Below, in pieces: positions 54,707 through 64,000 of a stretch of 64,000 bases of DNA (positions are counted from its first letter, which is position 1; each line of letters opens with the position of its first letter). The stretch lies in the NCBI RefSeq assembly GCF_009914755.1, contig NC_060925.1, one strand, 5' to 3'. The translations under genes were made by a program, and so were the position numbers. Source of the DNA: the human T2T-CHM13v2.0 reference genome, Homo sapiens. Below the pieces are notes generated by a model. That model did not search any database, had not been told where the DNA came from, and was given only the letters and a program-made list of their open reading frames with translations.

Positions 54707-56986
54707 GCCACAAATGAAACTAAGATACAATGCTTTTTATCATGGGTTTTTTATTTTATTCTTATCCAAAAAGCTCTATTTGACACAATTAAACATGGGC
54801 TTTTAATTTATCACATCATTCTTGGGCATTCACATTAAAAAATGATAAGCAAAATTAATGTCTTAAGGTCTCTAAAACTCCTTCACATTCTGAATCCAAG
54901 TCTTCAGATTAACTTTTATATTCGGAGAGGTTTATGGCTGGATTTTTTTTTACCTAACATTGTCCTCTGTGACAAGAGCATGGTGATGCTACATTTCTTC
55001 AAAAAGGGCTTCATTACCATCTCTTGGGGTTTTCCTCCAAGCTGCTGATATGCATTTGCAAGTTTTGATTCTAGACTTTCCTGCTCTTCTGTTGACATCA
55101 GAGGGTACCAACAGAAAACTTTCAGACAAAAACCCAGGCTCATCTTCCTTCCTTGAATGGCCCTTAACTGGTTTGCGACTGAAACACTGAGGGGCTGCAG
55201 TTGTCTGGTCAAGGCACCAGAAATAACAATCCACTTCCAGCATGCATAGGCTGTGGTCACCTGTTACCTATCCAACAGTAATTATGGTAATGGCACGCTT
55301 TGTAAAAGTGCACCCCAATTTCAGAGAAATGAACAGGCAAAAAATCTTAGAAGTGGCGAAATACAGTAGTTTGGTCATTGCACTTTAGTGTGGTCTGGGC
55401 TAACTAGAATTGCACAGTACTAGAAGCTATAGGAAGAATTGACTTCTGCAGCTTTGCACTACAGGTGACCTTTGAGCAGGACCCTGACGCATAAAGAGGA
55501 ATGCACCATAAAATCAGAAGATCGTGTTCTAGGTTGAGAGAAGAGCCTGTCCCTCACGTGGAAGAATGAACAATCAGGGCACATTTGGCAATAGTCAATA
55601 CTTTACTGAGGCTTAAGCAGGAGGAAATTAACAAAATATGTGGCTTGAAGGGTGCTTCAGGAGATACATATGTTAGGCTGAGGATCTTAGACTTATCTAT
55701 GGGCAATAGGAGCCACAGAAGGATAACAAGATAGTTACATGGTCAGATTTGCATCCCTAAATGATGCCTCTGGCTGAAGAGAAGACACAGGAAGCAGCAG
55801 AACTGTTAGGAGGTTGTTACATAATAAAGCTGGACCTGAGGCAGAGGTGAGGGTAGATAGTCTCTAGCTAACACCATCCACAGTTCCTCCCATATCTCTA
55901 CACATGAGCTGCTCTTCACTTCAAGAGGTGAAGACTATTTTCCCTCCCCTTGAATCTGGGTGGACCTGGGGGCACCTTCACAGATTCTGAACATGATTGG
56001 CAGTTCTGCTCACCACCATTACTTTTCCCTCTCACCTGGGGTTCTAAGGTAGCCTGGTATTAGAAATGCCAAGAGCCCGGCCCACCACACCCTGCCAACC
56101 TACTTCAGTTATTAGAAAGCCTTTCTAACTGATACAGAGAGGGGAACTGGGGGCCAGGAGCCACAGTTTCTAGCCCAGGGGTTGTCGCCCACTGGCTGTG
56201 TGACTATGGGTAGATCATGTAACATGTCTGAGCTTCGATCTTACCTGTAAAGTAGGAATTGATGGCATTACCTACCTCACAGGCTGGTTGTGAGAATTAA
56301 ACAAGATAAGGTATATGACAGTATTTTGACTTTTTTACCTGATATTTTTTTTCTTTCCCACTCCTCTTGGATCTACAATGAGGAAGTTTGTCTAAATATT
56401 CCTGTCTTCTTGCCTGGCTTTTTTCCCTCCTCACCCTGACAGGTGAGTTTAGGAGAAGAACTGCTGCACGCATCCCCGTCTCTCCCTCTCTTCCTCATCA
56501 GCATCTGCCAGCACAGGGAACACACATTCTGCTTTGCTGTCTGCCATACCAGGGACCCACAGTGCTCTAGGTTAGGCACAGGAGCCAGCTGATGGGTCCC
56601 TGGACATCGAGAAAGGGTAGAAAAGGGTGAACAGTATATTTGAGGGGCAAACAGTAAAGATCTGGTACATCCCCAGCAGGAGACTGGGCAAATAGACCAT
56701 AAGATCCTCATACAATTGAATAACATTCTGCCATTAAAAATCATGCTAAGAAAAAATATTTAATGACATGAATTGCTTCTTTCAAAGAAAGGGTAGCAAT
56801 AAAACATACAACATATTACAACTTTGCTTTAAAATATATAGACACACAGAAACAGCTTAAGAAGGTTATTTCTGGGTGGCACAACACTAGGTAATTTTTA
56901 TTTTCTTCTTTTTGCCTCTCTAAATTTTCAAAAAATGATCTCACAGAACGCTGTTGGGATTTGAGCAGACCCAATAAATATACTTC

Positions 56987-57391
56987 TGATACGGTTTGGA
57001 TAGTTGTCCCTCCCAAATTTTATGTTGAAATGTGATCCCCAGTGTTGGAGGTGGAGCCTAGTAGGGGTCTTTTGGATCATGGGGGCGGATCCCTCATTGG
57101 TGATGAATGGGTTCTCACTCTATTAATTCACACAAGAGCTAGTTGTTTAAAAGAGCCTGGCACCTCCTCCTCTCTCTCTCTCTCTCATTCCCTCCCTTGC
57201 CATGTGACCCACCTGCACCCCCTTCACCTTCCACTGCAAGTAAAAGCTTCCTGAGGCCTCACCAGAAGCTGAGAAGATGCTGGTGCCATGCTTGTAAAGA
57301 CTGCAGAACCATGAGTCAAATAAACCTCTTTTCTTTATAAATTACCCAGTCTCAGGTATTTCTTTATACCAACATGAAACAGACTAATACA
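56987..57391 (+). mobile_element. MST (MSTB-like) MaLR solo LTR
   Basis: TGATACGGTTTGGA...GACTAATACA; near-perfect TSD ACTTC/CCTTC. Confidence 0.9.
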
Positions 57392-58768
57392 CCTTCTTTT
57401 CCCCAATCCAGGCTCTGAACTAACTGAAGAAAATACAAAAGAGCAAGACAGGTAGAGATCAAAGTATCCATTTTATTACTGATACTAGCGGTATTGCAGA
57501 CAGGGCTCAGCCATGCAGCAACGATGAGCTTCCTAAAATTGAACCCATGGTGGGGTAAGTGGCCTTACCATCAACATTATCAACAATAATCACATCACTA
57601 CTTGTTAAACAGTTACAACATCTGAGAGACTGTGTTAGGGGTTCTGTATACACAGGCACATTTAATCCGTACAACAACCCCAAGAGGTATGTTTTATTAT
57701 CTTTGTTTTTCCGATGAGGAAATTAGGCACACAAAGTTAAGTAATTTTTCCAAAGTCACATAGTGGCCAAGCTGGAATTCACACCCAAGCTGTACAACCA
57801 CATAGTTCATGCTCTTCTCATTTGGAGGGACAGCCTTGAAGGGTGTATCTATGAACCTGCCTGGGAGAGGGAAAGAAAGGTCTGGTCATATTGCAAAGAT
57901 TTGAAACAGGCTCAAAGGCAGCCATAAAGTTCTCCAAAACCGCTTGTGATTAGATCCATATTAATGGAACAGCCACTCAGACATTTTGTCCTGGTACGGA
58001 GCATGGCATAATGCGAAATCAATTGACCTTGGATTCAGACCATCTCAGATCCCATTAAATGGTCAAACAACCCCAGAAAAATCTTCCTTTCTAGACAGGC
58101 TTCAACTTCAACCGTGAAGTAAGTGTGTTGGGTGGGGTGATTTGGCAGGTCCCTTCCAGCTCTGATATGCTGAGATTCTTGGGGGCTCTGAGAACTCAAG
58201 GCGAGGCCGAGATGTGGTCCTGCTGGACCTGTGTGGAGAGAGGCTGGAGCCCACCCAGCAGAGAACTCCCCCAACCCACAGGCAGTAGGTCTGGCTCAGA
58301 AAAGAGATTTGGTTCTGCAAACACTTGTGTCAGCCAGCAGGCAATGCCGGGCTTAGTTCTCACAGTCAGCTACATCCAAGGAAAAGCCAGACAAAGAAAA
58401 GTGAATGCATAGGCAACCCTTTCCCTAAAATCTCTAGGAGGCCTGAGAGTGAAACCAGATCCACCCCACTCTGAGGACCACATAAGGAAGAGCGGCAGGC
58501 GTGGGTATGGAAGGAACTCTCCCCATTCCTTGTGGCAGGGGAAACAGGAGGCGCTGTCACTACCGTGGCCATAGCACAAGCAGAAGGGAATGGCAGGACA
58601 CTACATATGAGTGGTGCCCCAGAATAGAAAGAATCTTTTGAACACTGCCCCATGGCCTTCCCTTCTGCTCCCAAAGGCTGCATATCATGAACACCTGTGA
58701 CTTCCTGCCCAAAAGCCTCTCCCTAGCTGGAAACAACCCTCAACCAATGACAGACAGAAAATTGGTGA

Positions 58769-59463
<695 letters not shown>

Positions 59464-59569
59464 TTGGCCTCTTTTCCATCCCTGTCCTAATTCCCTACTT
59501 GCCTACCAGTGTTTCCTGGGATCAGCTCGCAAATAAAGTCCTTGGACTTGAATCCTTCTTTGATGACTT

Positions 59570-60220
59570 TGTGATGCGTCAACTTGGCTAGGTTAAACTA
59601 CATTTCCCAGAATTCCATTTCCTGTATTTTTCTGGTTAAGGTTGGCCCCAAAGGACTTACTGTGGGAGATGTGGAGGGCAGAAGGGAGGCAGCAGTCATT
59701 TTGTAGCTTGCACACCTTGCGGCTGAGGTCCAAGACTGCTCTACTTTCTCGTGGACCTCTCTTCAGTTTCTCTGACTTCCACTTCAAGCATATGTGTTTA
59801 GCTCTGTGGCCAAGGGCCTCGGCTTCTGCAGAACACCCCATACTATCAGAGGAAACAATAACAGACACAAGTTTCAGAGGGTTTTTATGGGGTCCCAGCT
59901 CATGCCTCTGGGTTCCAGCTTGTCCTTGCTCTCCCTCACTTTCCATCCATCTTTCCTTCACAATCTTCTGCCTTCCGGATCTCAACTCCAATATCAGGCA
60001 TGATGGCACAATGACCACAGCCTTACAGAGACTCCACAAGGTGTAAAGTCAAATCCTGGTAATAAATCCCTCATATGTGGATATACATTCTCCCAGGAGA
60101 AACATCAGAGACAAAGTATAGCCATCAGGGTTCAGGCAAACCCCCAGTAGGAGAATCCTATGGTAGCTTTGCTGCTTCTGAGTGGTGGTTGCACTTCTCT
60201 GATTGAATCCTCATTGATAT
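59570..60220 (+). mobile_element. MLT2 (MLT2E/F-like) LTR
   Basis: TGCGTCAACTTGGCTAGGTTAAACTACATTTCCCAGAATTCC start; GTCAAATCCTGGTAATAAATCCC and CTTCTCTGATTGAATCCTCATTGATA end. Confidence 0.65.
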
Positions 60221-61230
60221 CCCTTGACTCAGACTCAGATTCTGCTTCTGAAAGAACCTAAAGCAAGCCAGCCATGAACTCTCAGGATCTACTTGGATGA
60301 ATCAGCTGGAGCTGGAGCTCCCTCAGGTTGACCCCCTCCCCACCACTGGTGAGGCCCATATGCTTCACAATCAAGCTTGATACTCACACCCCACACTCCC
60401 TCCTGTGCTAAGAAAACAACATTGGCGTGCTCTCTAGCATGCAACAAGAAATATTTCTGTTAAAATGTCAACAACATTATCACTTTGTGTTTAAGTGGTG
60501 GCATATTCCTTGGTGCTCAAAATTGAGAACCTCAGTGCAGGCTCAGCCTATTTTACTATTCAGCCCCAGGGAATCAAGGGGCTGAATCAGAAACCAAGTT
60601 CTAACGAGTTACAAGAGAGCCATACAGCCCTTGTCCAATGAAAGGAGCTAAGGGGAGGCTGGCATCAGGCTGGGATTCTCTGGGGATTCTAAGAGGTTGG
60701 AAACCATGAAGTATGGGACTTCTTCAGCTTTATGATCACCATCTCTAAGCAAAGCTGTTTGTTCCCTCCTCTGCTTTCCCATAGCACTCTGAACAAATAT
60801 CCATTGATTGGCCATTTACCACTAGGTCACGTGTATTTCTGCTCCAACTGATTCTGAGCTCCTTAACAGCAAGATCCTAACAGACTCATCCATGGCCCAC
60901 AAGGCAGTGCTTGGGTGGAGTTTAGTGAATGAGATAAAAGAAATGGTCCCAGATATTGAGGCTTTTATGGTCCCAGGCACTAACTCTGGAAAACCACTCC
61001 AAGAACTTCTACACCAACCTCTGCTCCATATGGAAAGGGCCGTACAGGAAGGAGAAAGTCACAACAAGCTATGAACTCCTTGAAGCAAGAATGATGGCTT
61101 GTTTATCTCTGTGTTCTCAGAACCAGCAAAGGACCCAACACAGAGTGGGCATCAGTAGCTGCTGAATAAATGAAGGAAGGAAGGAATAAATGAATTCAGC
61201 TAGCTGTAATGAACCTAGAACTGGAAGTCA

Positions 61231-61656
<426 letters not shown>

Positions 61657-63267
61657 TCAGAATTCTCTTGAAATTTTCACCCAGAATCCCCTTGGGTTGC
61701 CAGAATCCTGGCTCCTCATCTTAGAAAGTAGAACTTTTGGAACACCAGTCAAAGGCATTTTGAGTGTAAAGATGTGAAAATCCTAGTTGCTAGGGCATCT
61801 TTTTCAAGTCCATCGAATGAGGGTCTCCAGCTGTGTAAAGGAACATAGAATTAAGACAGCTTTCAGTCCTCCTCATCACTACCTCCAGCCTGCATTCTCC
61901 ATATGATGGTCACTGGGAGATATTAGCATCTAAATTATTTTAAAGAGATATAATAAGATTCACCCAGCAGGCCATTAATGACAAAAGAGATTATTACTGG
62001 AAAAAATCCAAGACTGACTTTGAGCAGAGCTGGTTCATCTAAATGACCCTTTCCTTGCACCCCAGATCATCCTGATCCCCAGAGATTATACAGATTTGAA
62101 AAAGTAACTGCCATGGAGCATGTTCACATTTATGCAAGAGGATCTTACGGAAGGAATCCCTTGAGAATCTAGGTCAGGAGTGCATCGCAGTGAGATAAAT
62201 GAGACGTTCCCTGAATCATAAGAATCCTCTGTGGCAGAATTTACAGGAAGCATCTCTAGTCTCCATATTTGGCAGGCATCCAGCCAGAGTTGTCAAGTAT
62301 TAGATTAATTTTAATTCAATGCAAAAAACCACATTAGTATAGTGTTGCAATCGAGAGTTGAAACACAAAAGCCAAGAGTCCTTGAAGTGGATCATTCCAA
62401 AGCCTGAGCATCCCTTCAAGCGTCCATCAAAAAAGGCACATCCTCAGCACAATCCCCAGCTGGCTGCTGCCTTCACATCGTACCACTCAGCCAGGTAAGT
62501 GAGCCTTGTGGCAGTGACCTGAAGGTATGGAGCTGTTAATTAATATTATTTCCCAGGTCCTGGACACAGGAGTTAAGGTTCAAACTCCATGACGTGGCAT
62601 TCAAAATCCTCCACAATCTAGCTTCCAATGCCCTTCACAACCTCATCTTTTGGTACAACGCTCCATGTTTTCCAGGCTGCAGCCTCACTGGCCCTTTGAT
62701 TACCACTGGTTACCTTCCTGCCACACTTAACTTGCACCTAGCTCAGTCTGCACCTCTTACAGCCCTAGGAGGGAGCAGTCCAAAATACTACGTATTACCA
62801 AGGTACCTACTCCTCCAAGCCCCAGCTCATTGTTGAGAGAGGAGCAACTGACCCAAGGGAGGCAGTCAGTCAGATTCCTAGCCACAAGCCAATCAGATTT
62901 CTCTTGAAATTTTGAACTAAAGATACAAATGGTAATGGGTAGTAGTCTTGAGCCCATGAATGGAGAAGACATTTGAGGCAATACACAATGATGAGCAAGC
63001 AAAGAGAGTCACCCCACAGAGAGGACAACACAAGAGACCACAGGATGGAGATGGAGAGAGGATGGGCCTGCATTGCTGCCAGCTCTCCCATTCCCAGTTC
63101 CTGCCTCTCTCTTGAGATGCCTCGCTGTACTTAATGTTCTTGCGGACTGTGAGATATTCCTACATCCTGATGAGCTATTTCTTTCACAAAAACCACTATG
63201 AGTGACCAGCTCACGTGGGTTCCTTGGAAATACCCCCACTGGAAACACACATCAGCAACCCTCTTGA

Positions 63268-64000
<733 letters not shown>

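Overview
Primate (human-like) intergenic DNA, repeat-rich and CpG-poor. I see no intact protein-coding gene, RNA gene or CRISPR array, and no new biological system. The only gene-derived feature is a near full-length processed pseudogene of HSPA5/BiP/GRP78 (about 11889-14446, + strand; most likely HSPA5P1). It has a 5' UTR, an intronless CDS broken by four frameshifting indels, a KDEL-stop end, AATAAA, a decayed poly(A) tail and a 13-bp target-site duplication, and it sits inside an old L1. The rest is 16 Alus, solo LTRs (MLT1, MST, MLT2A, LTR10-like; several with clean TSDs), DNA-transposon relics (MADE1, MER5), MIR/L2 fragments and microsatellites. Several repeat-free blocks rich in homeobox/SOX/POU/FOX motifs look like conserved developmental enhancers. 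From memory, unverified, HSPA5P1 lies in the POU3F1-RRAGC gene desert at 1p34.3. The best leads are a CpG island imported by the retrocopy that appears to have resisted decay, a possibly ancestral HSPA5 5' UTR preserved in it, the enhancer-like block at about 30.5-31.1 kb, and two solo LTRs with candidate DUX4 and p53 sites. Repeat subfamily names and comparisons to HSPA5 come from recalled consensus sequences, not from a search.
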